DNA from: a virus
Lineage: Duplodnaviria > Caudoviricetes
DNA length: 34,589 nucleotides
Direction: 5' to 3' (one strand)
IMG/VR virus record: IMGVR_UViG_3300031260_000098
Coordinates: 1 to 34,589 of that record
The notes beneath the pieces were generated by a model that searched no databases, was not told the DNA's origin, and worked only from the letters and a program-made list of their open reading frames with translations. The stretch's first letter is position 1; the number at the start of each line of letters is the position of its first letter. Positions 1 to 10,024 of this stretch are shown piece by piece. A program made the position numbers and the translations under genes.

Positions 1-139
1 AACCGCGGCGTGACCGGCTGTAGCGTTTCACCCATGGCGTGCTCCGGAAGCTGCTGTCGGGTTTCGTGTAGCAGCTTGATTCTACAGAGCTTTCGTGGGC
101 ACGCCAACAACTGTCCCAGAATTGGATGAATAAGCCGGG
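1..139 (-). mobile_element. Left end of a probable IS1380-family element; transposase starts at 35 and runs off the window
   Basis: Minus-strand ATG at 35 with GGAG upstream reads MGETLQPVTPR(F), resembling alphaproteobacterial IS1380 transposase N-termini as I recall them. The putative terminus CCCGGCTTATTCATCC begins at 139, where repB-like homology starts. Confidence 0.55.
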
Positions 140-770
140 CTCAACGGACGACGGGGCCTTCACCTACAACCGCCAGGTCAGCCGCCTCGCCCCGATCCAG
201 GAACACAAGATGATCCGCAAGGCGATCGAGCGCGGCGTGCCGGAGGAAAAGATCGCACTCGCGCTCGACCTCAACATGATCAGCATCAGGCGAAAGGTGC
301 GCCTGCTGGACGGGATCTGCGAGGAGGCCATCGCGATCCTCAAGGACAAGCCCGCGACCGGCGCGGTGTTCGAGGCGCTTCGCAAGATGAAAACCATGCG
401 CCAGATCGAGGCCGCGGAATTGCTCGTCAACGCCAACAACTATTCGGTGGCCTATGTGAACGCGATCCTCGCGGGGACGCCGCAGGCCCAGCTGGTCGAG
501 ACATCAAAGCCGAAGAAGGTCAAGGGGATCACGCCCGAGGCGATGGCGCGCATGGAACAGGAACTGGCCCGCCTGCAAGAAGGGATCGCGTCCATCCAGG
601 ATACATACGGTCAGGACCATCTGCATCTGACCGTGATCAAGGGCTACGTTGGCAAGCTGCTCGGGAACGCCCGGATCGTCCGCTATCTGGCGCAGACCCA
701 TCCTGAGTTCCTCAGCGAGTTCCAGACTATCACCGAGATCACGCCAACGGAGGCCGTCGAGGCTGAGTAG
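140..770 (+). pseudogene. 3' part of a RepB/ParB-like partition protein gene, interrupted by the IS
   Basis: STDDGAFTYNRQVSRLAPIQEHKMI...RQIEAAELL...YGQDHLHL resembles the RepB C-terminal-domain family. The N-terminal ParB part is missing and the ATG at 126 lies inside the putative IS end. Confidence 0.7.
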
Positions 771-1491
771 CGGTTTGCGGCGACGATGGGGACCCGGACC
801 CAGATCAAGCGCGGGGACCCCGGGAGACGCCGGATTGTGGGCCGGATCAATCGTGGCGGTGGGGGATGGCGGCGAACCCGCTCGGAGCCCACCAGGCCGG
901 CTCGAGCTTTCGCCGGCTGCGCGGCCGCGCCAGCGGCTGCGTCTCATTCGGGGCGTGTCGGAGATCGGGCCACTCCGGCACGCCCATGGTTCTCACCTCG
1001 TTACTCCCCGGATCAGCATCGCGCCGCTGGAACGCATTTCAATTTGCCGCCCAAGATCAAGTCGTTGATGTGGCCGACAATTTGAGACAGATCGCCCTCC
1101 TTGGGCTCGCGCGAGGTGTTCAGCAGTACCCGGTACAAGATCGAGCCTGCTCGCGTATCAGATCGTCGTCGCTGTATTCTCCTCGGTTGCCGATCCCTCC
1201 GGCAAAGGGACAAGTTCCTCGGCGGCCCGCGTCTGGAACGCCCCGCTGTGGTCGACGAAGGGTGGACACGTTTCGAGGCCACCGACGTCAGCTGCGCCCG
1301 TCGCACAGCTGCTAAGCCAGATCGTCGCGAGGTCCACAAAGACTCGCCTGGGCTGCGCGACCGAGGACAGATGTCGTTGTCAGAATGCCGCGGAACAGCT
1401 GCTTTCTTGAGCAATCCACACGCCCGAAGACCGCTAAAGCGTTGGCTGCGGTCTGCCAAACGGCCATGCGTGTTGCCATTCTCCGCTTCAA

Positions 1492-1556
1492 CCGTTATGC
1501 GGCATCGCAGCGAACCTGGACCTGGAAGCGATTCCGGGTGGCTCTTCCGGCCGCCG
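1492..1556 (+). promoter_or_regulatory. Candidate structured 5' leader of sulP (sul1-like RNA motif)
   Basis: Short hairpins CCG-TTATG-CGG (1492-1502) and CCGG...CCGG (1534-1550) lie ~85 nt upstream of sulP. The sul1 motif is described upstream of SulP genes in Alphaproteobacteria; the match is not verified. Confidence 0.45.
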
Positions 1557-1639
1557 ATCCGCCGGACAACCACAAGAAAACGGTGCACTTGCACGCCGAT
1601 CTCGCGCAAGCCGCAGGACCGGTATCGGACAACATTTAC

Positions 1640-3130
1640 ATGATCTCACTCGACGTCTACCGCGCCCAGTGGCTGGGCAACATATGCGGCGACCTGCTCG
1701 CCGGGCTCGTCGTGGCATTGGCGCTCATTCCCGAGGCCATCGCCTTTTCCATCATCGCGGGGGTCGATCCCAAGGTGGGCCTGTATGCCTCCTTCTCGAT
1801 CGCCGTCATCACAGCCATTACGGGCGGGCGGCCCGGCATGATCTCGGCCGCCACCGCCGCCACGGCGGTGCTGATGGTCACGCTGGTGCGCGACCACGGG
1901 TTGCAATACCTGCTGGCCGCGACGGTGCTGGCCGGATTGATCCAGATCGGCGCCGGCGTCCTGAAACTCGGCTTCCTCATGCGCTGGGTGTCGAAATCGG
2001 TGATGACCGGCTTCGTCAACGCGCTCGCGATCCTGATCTTCATGGCGCAGCTGCCCGAGCTCGACCCGCGGGAGGTGACGTGGATCACCTACGCGCTCGT
2101 GGCCGCGGGGCTTGCCATCATCTACCTCTTTCCGCTTCTGACCACGGCCATTCCCTCGCCCCTCGTGACCATCCTGGTGCTCACGGGTCTGGCCGTCGCG
2201 CTCGGGCTCGACGTGCGGACGGTGGGCGACATGGGCGCGCTGCCTGACACCCTGCCTGTCTTCCTGATCCCGCAGATCCCGCTCAACTTCGAGACCCTGA
2301 TGATCATTCTGCCCTATTCGGTGGCGGTGGCCGTCGTGGGCCTGCTCGAAAGCCTGATGACACAGAATATCGTCGATGACCTGACCGACACGAAGTCAAA
2401 CCGGAACCAGGAATGCATCGGTCAGGGGCTGGCGAACACCGCCACCGGCTTCATCGGCGGGATGGCGGGCTGCGCGATGATCGGGCAGTCCATCATCAAC
2501 GTGAAATCCGGCGGGCGCGGGCGGCTGTCGTGCTTCGTGGCGGGCGTCTTCCTGCTGATCCTGGTGGTGGGCCTCGGCGATCTGGTGAGCATCATTCCGA
2601 TGCCGGCACTCGTCGCTATCATGATCATGGTCTCGATCGGGACATTCTCCTGGTCATCGATCAAGGCGCTTCGAGTGCATCCGAAGTCGTCCTCGATCGT
2701 CATGATCGCGACCGTTGTCACCGTGGTCTACACCCACAATCTGGCCATCGGGGTGCTGGTGGGCGTGCTGCTGTCGGGCGTCTTCTTCGCCGGAAAGATC
2801 GCGCAGCTGTTCCGCGTGACCTCGGACATCAGCGCGGACGGGCGCGTGCGCACCTATCGCGTCGAGGGGCAGTTGTTCTACGGCTCCGTCGAGGATTTCA
2901 TGGATGCCTTCGACTTCAAGGAGGCCCCCGAGCGCGTCGTGATCGACGTGAGCCGTGCGCATATCTGGGATATCAGCTCGGTGCAGGCGCTCGACATGGC
3001 GATCCTGAAATTCCGTCGCGACGGCGCCGAGGTCGAGGTCGTGGGCATGAACGACGCGACCGAAACCCTGGTCGACCGGCTTGCGATCAATGACAAGCCC
3101 GGCGCCATGGACAAGCTGACGGCGCATTGA
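1640..3130 (+). CDS. sulP: SulP family inorganic anion transporter with C-terminal STAS domain
   Basis: [27 protein letters not shown] and [12 protein letters not shown] motifs, many TM segments and a STAS-like C-terminus. Start moved to the ATG at 1640. Confidence 0.95.
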   Translation: MISLDVYRAQWLGNICGDLLAGLVVALALIPEAIAFSIIAGVDPKVGLYASFSIAVITAITGGRPGMISAATAATAVLMVTLVRDHGLQYLLAATVLAGLIQIGAGVLKLGFLMRWVSKSVMTGFVNALAILIFMAQLPELDPREVTWITYALVAAGLAIIYLFPLLTTAIPSPLVTILVLTGLAVALGLDVRTVGDMGALPDTLPVFLIPQIPLNFETLMIILPYSVAVAVVGLLESLMTQNIVDDLTDTKSNRNQECIGQGLANTATGFIGGMAGCAMIGQSIINVKSGGRGRLSCFVAGVFLLILVVGLGDLVSIIPMPALVAIMIMVSIGTFSWSSIKALRVHPKSSSIVMIATVVTVVYTHNLAIGVLVGVLLSGVFFAGKIAQLFRVTSDISADGRVRTYRVEGQLFYGSVEDFMDAFDFKEAPERVVIDVSRAHIWDISSVQALDMAILKFRRDGAEVEVVGMNDATETLVDRLAINDKPGAMDKLTAH

Positions 3131-3144
3131 GGGAGGAGAGACCC

Positions 3145-3999
3145 ATGACAGACAAGATCATCGCCCTCGTGGACGGCTCCATCTATTCCGAGAGCGTCTG
3201 CCACCACGCCGCCTGGATCGCGCAGCGCACCGCCGCACCGGTCGAGCTGATCCATGTACTCGGCCGACGGGAGGCCCCGGAAAAGTCGGACCTGTCCGGC
3301 GCGATCCGCCTCGGGGCGCGGACGAAACTGATGGAGGAACTGGCCGAGCTCGACGCGCAGCGCGCGAAGCTGGTCAGCCATCGCGGCCGCGCGATCCTCG
3401 AGGATGCCCGCGCCATCGTGGACCGGGACGGCGTGACCGAGATCACCACCCGCTTGCGCCACGGTGACATCGTCGAGGCCATCGGCGATATCGAGGGCGA
3501 AGCCCGAGCAATCGTCATCGGCAAGCGCGGCGAGGCGGCGGATTTCGCGAAGGGACATCTGGGCTCGAACCTGGAACGCATCGTGCGCGCTGCGCATCGA
3601 CCCGTCTTCGTCGCCGCGCGTGCCTTCAAGCCGATCGACTCCGTGCTCGTCGCCTATGACGGAGGGCGCTCGGCAATGAAGGCGGTCGATCACATCTCGC
3701 GCAGTTCTTTCTTCGCGGAGTTGCCCGTCACCGTCGTGACCGTCGGAAACGAAACGCCAGAGGTCACAAAGGGCCTTGCCGACGCCAAGGCCTTGCTCGC
3801 GGCCGCCGGGATCGAGGCGCAGACGCGCATCGTGCCCGGGCAACCGGACGAGGAACTTGGCAAGATGGTCGAGGCTGACGGCTTCGGCATGCTCGTGATG
3901 GGCGCCTACGGCCACAGCCGCATCCGGAGCCTCGTGATCGGCTCCACCACGACCGAGATGATGCGGTCCTGCAAGGTTCCTGTCCTGCTCTTGCGGTGA
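3145..3999 (+). CDS. Tandem-domain universal stress protein
   Basis: IIALVDGS, IVIGKRG...LGSNLERIVR and LVMGAYGHSRIRSLVIGSTT motifs; SD GGAGG before ATG 3145. Confidence 0.95.
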   Translation: MTDKIIALVDGSIYSESVCHHAAWIAQRTAAPVELIHVLGRREAPEKSDLSGAIRLGARTKLMEELAELDAQRAKLVSHRGRAILEDARAIVDRDGVTEITTRLRHGDIVEAIGDIEGEARAIVIGKRGEAADFAKGHLGSNLERIVRAAHRPVFVAARAFKPIDSVLVAYDGGRSAMKAVDHISRSSFFAELPVTVVTVGNETPEVTKGLADAKALLAAAGIEAQTRIVPGQPDEELGKMVEADGFGMLVMGAYGHSRIRSLVIGSTTTEMMRSCKVPVLLLR

Positions 4000-4352
4000 G
4001 CGCCATGTCGGACCCCACTCCGGAGGAGCTGAAGACAGCGTTTCTGCTGCGGCTCCGCGACGAACTGGATGCCTTGTGGTCCGCGTCCGCTCAGACGGCG
4101 GCGGACCGCAGACCTGTCGAGCTGGATCAGCAAAGCGTTGGCCGGCTCAGCCGCATGGACGCGATGCAGCAACAGGCCATGGCGGCCGCTCAGGAAACCC
4201 GACGCCTTGGTCGGGCCAGGGCTTTGGAGGCAGCGATCCGTCGACTCGATGCGGAGGATTTCGGCTGGTGCGACGACTGCGGCGAATTCATCGGCTTGCG
4301 TCGGCTCGAACTCGAGCCGACCGTGATGCGGTGTCGAAACTGCGCAGGTTGA
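3996..4352 (+). CDS. TraR/DksA C4 zinc-finger family protein
   Basis: LDQQSVGRLSRMDA coiled-coil tip and CDDC...CRNC zinc finger. The GTG start overlaps the usp stop (alternative ATG at 4005). Confidence 0.9.
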   Translation: MSAMSDPTPEELKTAFLLRLRDELDALWSASAQTAADRRPVELDQQSVGRLSRMDAMQQQAMAAAQETRRLGRARALEAAIRRLDAEDFGWCDDCGEFIGLRRLELEPTVMRCRNCAG

Positions 4353-4447
4353 CGAGGTAAGCGACGCGGCTGCCGCGAATGCACGCCGTGCTCTGTCGAG
4401 AGCGAAACAGACCTGGCTTCGGCTGTTCCGACCGGTCGCGACAGGCC

Positions 4448-4705
4448 TTACAGCAGGTTACACGCCCGCACCTGGTCGCGCATCACAGCGTAGTCGGCCA
4501 GCATCTCGCCGATGGCCGAGCCGTGCGGCAGCAGGGCCAGCTCATCGGCTGCCTGCGCCTGGAACTCCCGGCCATACTCGACCACAGGCGGGCACGCCGC
4601 GAGCCTCCCCACCTTAGAACCGTCCGTCGCGCAGCCGCTCAGCAAGCTCGTCGCGATCACGAGGGCGGCGAGCCGCCGCTTCCAGCATTCGGCGTTGAAC
4701 GTCAT
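4448..4705 (-). CDS. Putative outer-membrane spanin (Rz1-like lipoprotein)
   Basis: Signal peptide with lipobox LLSG-C; overlaps the 3' end of the upstream ORF in another frame; last gene of the late operon. Confidence 0.6.
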   Translation of the reverse strand: MTFNAECWKRRLAALVIATSLLSGCATDGSKVGRLAACPPVVEYGREFQAQAADELALLPHGSAIGEMLADYAVMRDQVRACNLL

Positions 4706-4907
4706 TGGCCTTCTCCGAGGTTTCAAGGCGCTCGGCGATGCAGTCCACCAGGGAGCGCAGATCGCGGATGTCGAGCGCGGCCTCGTCGCCGTCGAGACCG
4801 ACATCGGCGAGCGCGCGCTTCGCGCCTTCCTCGGCCGCCCGGGTCAGGATCGCCTCGAACTCGGCGTCGGGCATGCGCGCGAAGCCCTCGGATCGGGGTG
4901 GGTTCAT
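4614..4907 (-). pseudogene. Chimeric ORF: DUF6127-like N-terminus fused to an i-spanin-like C-terminus
   Basis: ...DIRDLRSLVDCI joins directly to AERLETSEKANDVQRRMLEAAARRP at ~4736. The TM segments I expect in both parents, and an endolysin gene, are absent. Confidence 0.6.
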
Positions 4908-4926
4908 CGGATCCTCCTTCCGCCGC

Positions 4927-6003
4927 TCAGCCGATCTTGCAGCCCCAGAAGGACGTGTGATCGGCGGCGAAATAGCCGTCCGCGACCCGGAAATACCCCT
5001 GCAGCTCGACCGTATCGCCCGCGGTCAGGGGCACCATGGTCTGGAGCCAGATGGCGGTGGCGAGCGAGACGTGCGTGGCGGAGATTTCGCCGAGGGAGCC
5101 GCGGATTTCGGTGGTGCCGTTCAGGACGAGCCGCCCGCGCATGCGGGCCGTGGCGCTGGCGTTGATCTTGTAGAGCAGCGTCGCGCCGAAGAGGTAGGTG
5201 CCGTCCACGGGGGCCACGAAGTGGTTGTTCGCGGCGTCGAAGGCCCCCTGGTCGTTGTAGTCGGTGTTGTTCAGGCCGATCTTCGTCCAGGTGCCGACGC
5301 CGACATAGTTGTCGTAGTTGGTGTAAGCCTTGAAGCGGGGCAGCCGGGGCTGGTCGACGATGCCGGTGGCGTTGTCGACGCTGAGCCCGTCGAAGAAGGT
5401 GCTGCCGTCGGCCGAGACGGCGAGGCGGAAGCGGTCCGAGCCGAAGAGGCCGACCAGCGCGCGGGTAGAAAAGCCGGTCTGCAGGGTCAGCCCGAGATCG
5501 TCGCCGGCCGCCTCCTTGTTCATGGTATAGAACAGGTCACCGGTGCCGCCCTCGGCCTTGGGTCTAGCCGTCCAGAGTGCGGCGTTGAGCTTGGCCGAGA
5601 ACGGGTTCGACGCATCCGCCGTCGTGCCGAGCCCCAGCAGCGCCATGTTCTGCAGCACGTCCGGGGTGGTCCCAATCCAGCCCTCGCCATCGTAGACCAG
5701 CAGCAGGCTCTCGTCCTCGACCCAAGCCCGCCAGCCAGGCCGAGGGGGAAGCCGCAGCCACGCCCCGTCCGTCCAGAGCGCGACGTTCAGGTCCCAGCCC
5801 GCCCAGTCTCCGGTCGCGCCCGAGGCGACGATGTAGCGGTCGCCATCGGCGGGGCTTCCGGGCGGCGCGGTGAGATCCCGGTCGAGAACGGAGAGCTGCA
5901 CGAGCCCGTCGAGGATGCGCAGCGCCTCGTTGTGGGTGACATGTTTCTGGGCCTGGGCCGCGAGGAGGTAGGGCAGCAGGAGATGGGTCGTGGCGTCGGA
6001 CAT
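4927..6003 (-). CDS. DUF2793 tail fibre/receptor-binding protein with a C1q-like C-terminal domain
   Basis: LPYLLAAQAQKHVTHNEALRILD is the DUF2793 signature; GAFDAANNHFVAPVDGTYLF is a C1q-like motif. Confidence 0.85.
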   Translation of the reverse strand: MSDATTHLLLPYLLAAQAQKHVTHNEALRILDGLVQLSVLDRDLTAPPGSPADGDRYIVASGATGDWAGWDLNVALWTDGAWLRLPPRPGWRAWVEDESLLLVYDGEGWIGTTPDVLQNMALLGLGTTADASNPFSAKLNAALWTARPKAEGGTGDLFYTMNKEAAGDDLGLTLQTGFSTRALVGLFGSDRFRLAVSADGSTFFDGLSVDNATGIVDQPRLPRFKAYTNYDNYVGVGTWTKIGLNNTDYNDQGAFDAANNHFVAPVDGTYLFGATLLYKINASATARMRGRLVLNGTTEIRGSLGEISATHVSLATAIWLQTMVPLTAGDTVELQGYFRVADGYFAADHTSFWGCKIG

Positions 6004-6013
6004 GTGGAAAGCC

Positions 6014-9000
6014 TCAGAACAAGAGCGTGACGGTTTTCGGCGCGCCCCGCCCGACGAGGGCGGAGAGCTGGGAGATGCGGATGTCGAGCGTGTCGCCGGG
6101 GGTGAGCAGCGCACCCCAGTCGGCGGTCTGGGCGGCGGCGGTGTAGAGCGCGTTGGTGGTGGTCGTGCTGAGCACGCGCTTCACGGCAGTGCCGTCGAGG
6201 ATCTCCACCTCGTAGGCTTCCAGTTCCTCGCCGAGCGGCGCCTCAACCGCGCCCCAGCTGTCGGCGGAAAGCGCGCGCGACCGGCGCGTCCAGCGGATGG
6301 TCAGATCGCCAAGCGTACGAGGTCTGCGCCACGGCTGCTCGACATGGGCGACGGAGAACGGCCGCAGCCCGACGCCCTCGGGCGTGAAAGTCCGCGCGAC
6401 GTAGGTCTCGTCGCTTACCGGGCGGCTCGCCGGGCCGATGCGCCAGTTCCACGGGATGCCGAGATCGGCCTCTGCGATCGGCAGGGACGCCAGCGCGGTG
6501 TCCAGCACCACCACCCGTGCTCCAGCGGGCGCCGGGTTGCCCATGGCATCCTCGGTGCCGCGCTGGCCGCGCAGGAGCCGGGTGAGCCGGTAGCGGGCGG
6601 GCGCCAGCAATTCGGCCGCGCCCGCCTGCACGATCTCCCAGGTGCCGGGCGCGCTCTCGATGGCGAGCGCGTTGGTGCCGCCGAAGAGCGTCAGGTCGGT
6701 GACGCTTTCCAGCGTTCCGGTCAGCAGATCGACCACCAGCGCATTTCCGAGATCGAAGCGCGATGTCGGCCCCGCGTAGAAGTCCGAGACCAGAGCCCCG
6801 ATCCGGGCGCGGGACTGAGCCGTCGTCAGCAGCTCGAAGCCGTCGCTCGAGGGGCTGCGGAACACCGCGATCTCGCCCGGCCAGGGAACCGCGTGAGCGG
6901 CGACCAGCGGCCGGTGCGCGGGCTGGTCCTCGGTCAGCTGTGGCAGGTCGAGGAGCACCGCCTCGGGCGCGCCGAAGACCACGGCCCGCGTCAGTGACGC
7001 TGCGCGGGGATCGCCGGGCGGCAGATCGTAGGTCGCGCGATCCTGCTGGACGGCCTCGACGCCACGCGCGTCGGCGTCGGCGATGGAGACGAGCCGCAGA
7101 TCGACCAGTCGCCCGTCATGCGCGAGCCGGATCGCGTCGGCCGGGTCGAGCGCGAGGCGCGAGGGCGGCAGACGGAAGGCCGCCGTCTCGCGCCCCACCC
7201 AAGCCTCCATCAGCGCACGGCGGCAGCGGCGATCGGCCTCCTCGGGCGGCACCGCCATCGGGAAGGACTCGGAGGCGATGCGCGTCGTGTCCACGGTGAT
7301 GCGCAGCGCCTCGACGAGGGCCGCGTCATAATCCTCGTCGGCGCGCGCGACCTGCCATTTCAGCGCCTGCGGCAGCTCGGTCTCCTGGCCGCGCGTCAGT
7401 TCCAGCACGTCGCCCTCGCGGGGGGCGACCAGATCGTCGGGCGCAAGCGTGGCGACAGACGCCCGGCCGCGCATGATGAACCGGATCACGCCCTCGGTCT
7501 CCACCGCATCGAACCCGAAATGGCGCGCGAGCGTGGTGATCGAGGCGCGCGGGGACTCGAGCGCGGTAATCGCGTAGCCCTCCACCGCGCCCCAGAGGCC
7601 GGTAACGTCGATGCGGGACTCGGGCAGCCCGGCGCGCAGGCAGAGGTGGCGGACGAGTGCGGCGAGCGAGACGGCACCCAGCCGTCCGGTCAACCAGTGG
7701 CCGAGCCGCCAGTTCGCGCCGTCGGCCCAGACGTCTGTCAGCGCCGGGAAGAAGGGATAGGGCCGCGCGTCCCAGGCCCATGCCGCGCATTCGGGCACAT
7801 GCACCATTCTGTCGCCGTAAACGGAAGAGACCGGGTTGTTCGCCGCCTCGCCCCACCAGAGATACGTCGCCTCGAGATAGGCCCGCTGGATCGCGTCGTC
7901 GCGCCAGCCGCGGGAGAAGTGGGGCACATGGCTCTCCGACGACTTCGGGTCGAAGAAGGTATTGGGCTGGTTGGTGCCGCGGTCGATGGCCGGGCAGCCG
8001 AGCTCCGTGAACCAGATAGGCTTGGACCCCGGCACCCATGCCGTCGGCGTCGCGCTCTCCACCCCGCCCGGGCGGTCGTAATGCGGGTTCGACCACCAGG
8101 CGCGCAGGTCCTTGGTGCGGAACACCCACGGCTTGCTGGCCGTTCCATCGGTGATCGGCGTGCGCAGCTGCGCGGAGCGGTCCGCCGCGCTGGCGTAGAA
8201 CCACTTGAACCCCTCGCCACCGGCGATATTGGATTGCAGGTAGGCCCGGTCGTAGATCGCGGGCCAGCCCTCGGCCGCGTCGGCATGTGTGAGGCCGTCG
8301 CGCCAGTCCGACAGCGGCATGTAGTTGTCGATCCCGATGAAATCGATCTGCGGATCGGCCCAGAGCGGGTCGAGGTGGAAGAACACGTCGCCCGAGCCAT
8401 CCTGTGGATGGTGCCCGAAGTATTCCGACCAGTCGGCGGCGTAGCCGATCTTCGTGCCCGAGCCGAGGATCGCCCGGCAGTCGGCCGCGAGTGCACGGAA
8501 GGCCTGCACCGCCGGATAGCTCGCAGCACCGTCCCGAACCTGAGTGAGGCCGCGCATCTCGGTGCCGATCAGGAAGGCATCGACCCCGCCCGCCGCCGCG
8601 CAGAGATGGGCGTAGTGCAGCACCATGCGGCGCAGGCCCCAGTCGTCCGCCGCGCCGGTCCAGGAGACGGTCTCGCCCGACACCGCGAAGTCGGAAATGC
8701 TGGCGCTCCCGAAAAAGGCCGCGACCTGCGCCGCCGCCGCGGCGGTCTTGTCGACCGATCCTGCATAGCCCGCCGCGGGCGAGCAGGTGATCCGCCCGCG
8801 CCAGGGGAATGCGGGCTGGCCGGTCTCCGCGGCGTTGTCGGAATACGGGTTCGCCAGCGCGTTGCCGGGCGGCACGTCCATCAGGATGAACGGGTAGAGC
8901 GTGACCCGCAGCCCGCGCGCCTTCATCTCCCGGATCGCCTGCACCACGGCGAAATCCGCGGGCGTGCCGCCATAGACGGGCCGGTCGTCTCCAGCCTCAC

Positions 9001-10015
9001 TCGAACCCGTGGCGTTCGGCTGGAGACCGTCGCGGCTGACGAGGTGGGCGGCGGCGCGGGAGACGCCGTTCACGGACCAGGTTTGCGGGGTCGTGACCTT
9101 GGTGGCCAACTCGACGCCCGGCCGGATCGCGCCCGCGTCCGCGCGCAGGTCGTTGCCGAACCAGGCGACGACGAGGCTGACGCTCTCGACCTGCGGAGCG
9201 CTGGCCTGCAACCGGTCGAGCGCCACCACCATGTCGGCAGTGTCCGAGAGCGCGTTGAGGTTCTCCGTGCCCTGGTTACCCGCCGGCCCCTTGCGGATGC
9301 CGTCCGTCGCATAGACGAACTCGCCCGAGGCCGGGATCATGGTGACGGCGCGGGTCAGCCCCTCGGCCGTGTCGGGATCGGCCAGCGGACGGAAGACCTC
9401 GAAGGACAGCTGCGGCAGGCGGTTGCCGTAGGCTCCGAGCGCCAGCTCCTCGAAGACGACATAGGCGGTGCCGCGGTAGGCGGGCGTGCTGGCCGCGCCC
9501 ATCCTCGCGGCGATGAACGGATCGGCCGCCTGCGCCTCGTCGCCAGGATACCAGCGCCAGGTGACGCCGGAGAGGTCCATCGGCTTGCCGTCGGCCCAGA
9601 TGCGGCCGATGCCGGTGATCGGGCCTTCGCACAAGGCCACCGCGAAGCTGGCGTAGTAGAGATACTCGGTGGTCTTGACCTTGCCGCCCCCGCCGCCCTT
9701 GCCGCCGCCCTGCGTGGTGGTCTTCGTCTCCTCGCGGAAATCCGTCGCCCAGATGATGTTGCCGCCCATCCGCATGCGCCCGTAGAGCCGCGGGATGACC
9801 GCGCCTTCGGTGGCCGAGGTGATGCGCAGCGTGTCGAGCCGCGCGCCTTCGATGCGCTGCGTCGGCGCCAGCGACGAGATGATCCAGCTGTCGACCGCTG
9901 AGCCGATGGTCGAGCCGACGAAGCCGCCGATCGTGACGGCGGACAGCCCAAGGATGCTGCCGCCGATCGACCCGCCGATGGCGGCGCCGGCCGCGCCGAG
10001 GACGAGCGTTGCCAT
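6014..10015 (-). CDS. GTA-like baseplate multidomain protein (megatron; TIM-barrel-like plus phage tail domains)
   Basis: 1333 aa; MATLVLGAAG start, YAADWSEY, GIDNYMPLSDWRDG and WFTELGCPAIDRGTNQPN motifs as in RcGTA g15-type proteins. Confidence 0.92.
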   Translation of the reverse strand: MATLVLGAAGAAIGGSIGGSILGLSAVTIGGFVGSTIGSAVDSWIISSLAPTQRIEGARLDTLRITSATEGAVIPRLYGRMRMGGNIIWATDFREETKTTTQGGGKGGGGGKVKTTEYLYYASFAVALCEGPITGIGRIWADGKPMDLSGVTWRWYPGDEAQAADPFIAARMGAASTPAYRGTAYVVFEELALGAYGNRLPQLSFEVFRPLADPDTAEGLTRAVTMIPASGEFVYATDGIRKGPAGNQGTENLNALSDTADMVVALDRLQASAPQVESVSLVVAWFGNDLRADAGAIRPGVELATKVTTPQTWSVNGVSRAAAHLVSRDGLQPNATGSSEAGDDRPVYGGTPADFAVVQAIREMKARGLRVTLYPFILMDVPPGNALANPYSDNAAETGQPAFPWRGRITCSPAAGYAGSVDKTAAAAAQVAAFFGSASISDFAVSGETVSWTGAADDWGLRRMVLHYAHLCAAAGGVDAFLIGTEMRGLTQVRDGAASYPAVQAFRALAADCRAILGSGTKIGYAADWSEYFGHHPQDGSGDVFFHLDPLWADPQIDFIGIDNYMPLSDWRDGLTHADAAEGWPAIYDRAYLQSNIAGGEGFKWFYASAADRSAQLRTPITDGTASKPWVFRTKDLRAWWSNPHYDRPGGVESATPTAWVPGSKPIWFTELGCPAIDRGTNQPNTFFDPKSSESHVPHFSRGWRDDAIQRAYLEATYLWWGEAANNPVSSVYGDRMVHVPECAAWAWDARPYPFFPALTDVWADGANWRLGHWLTGRLGAVSLAALVRHLCLRAGLPESRIDVTGLWGAVEGYAITALESPRASITTLARHFGFDAVETEGVIRFIMRGRASVATLAPDDLVAPREGDVLELTRGQETELPQALKWQVARADEDYDAALVEALRITVDTTRIASESFPMAVPPEEADRRCRRALMEAWVGRETAAFRLPPSRLALDPADAIRLAHDGRLVDLRLVSIADADARGVEAVQQDRATYDLPPGDPRAASLTRAVVFGAPEAVLLDLPQLTEDQPAHRPLVAAHAVPWPGEIAVFRSPSSDGFELLTTAQSRARIGALVSDFYAGPTSRFDLGNALVVDLLTGTLESVTDLTLFGGTNALAIESAPGTWEIVQAGAAELLAPARYRLTRLLRGQRGTEDAMGNPAPAGARVVVLDTALASLPIAEADLGIPWNWRIGPASRPVSDETYVARTFTPEGVGLRPFSVAHVEQPWRRPRTLGDLTIRWTRRSRALSADSWGAVEAPLGEELEAYEVEILDGTAVKRVLSTTTTNALYTAAAQTADWGALLTPGDTLDIRISQLSALVGRGAPKTVTLLF
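8987..9027. repeat. 41-bp in-frame hairpin element, family 1 copy A
   Basis: Perfect 10-bp arms GTCTCCAGCC/GGCTGGAGAC around CTCGAACCCGTGGCG; encodes GLQPNATGSSEAGD on the minus strand. Confidence 0.85.
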
Positions 10016-10024
10016 GGTCGGGTC

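Noticed and set aside
771-1380. Overlapping ORFs between repB and sulP
   Set aside because: No recognisable motifs; 1013-1150 on the minus strand may be a gene remnant but cannot be supported.
1385-1639. N-terminal extension of SulP in the ORF track
   Set aside because: Family similarity begins near the ATG at 1640; the upstream part looks like promoter and leader.
4927-5400. Diversity-generating retroelement target in the tail fibre
   Set aside because: No reverse transcriptase and no second template-like copy of this region were seen in the window.
8997-9017. GGTTCGA motif as a tRNA gene or attP remnant
   Set aside because: No cloverleaf or CCA context; it is the loop of a 41-bp element inside a CDS.
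7118-9901. Long + strand ORFs (927 aa here; also 12461-14683, 21517-23253, 23045-24802, 24735-27239)
   Set aside because: Antisense shadows of real high-GC genes, with no motifs or plausible starts.
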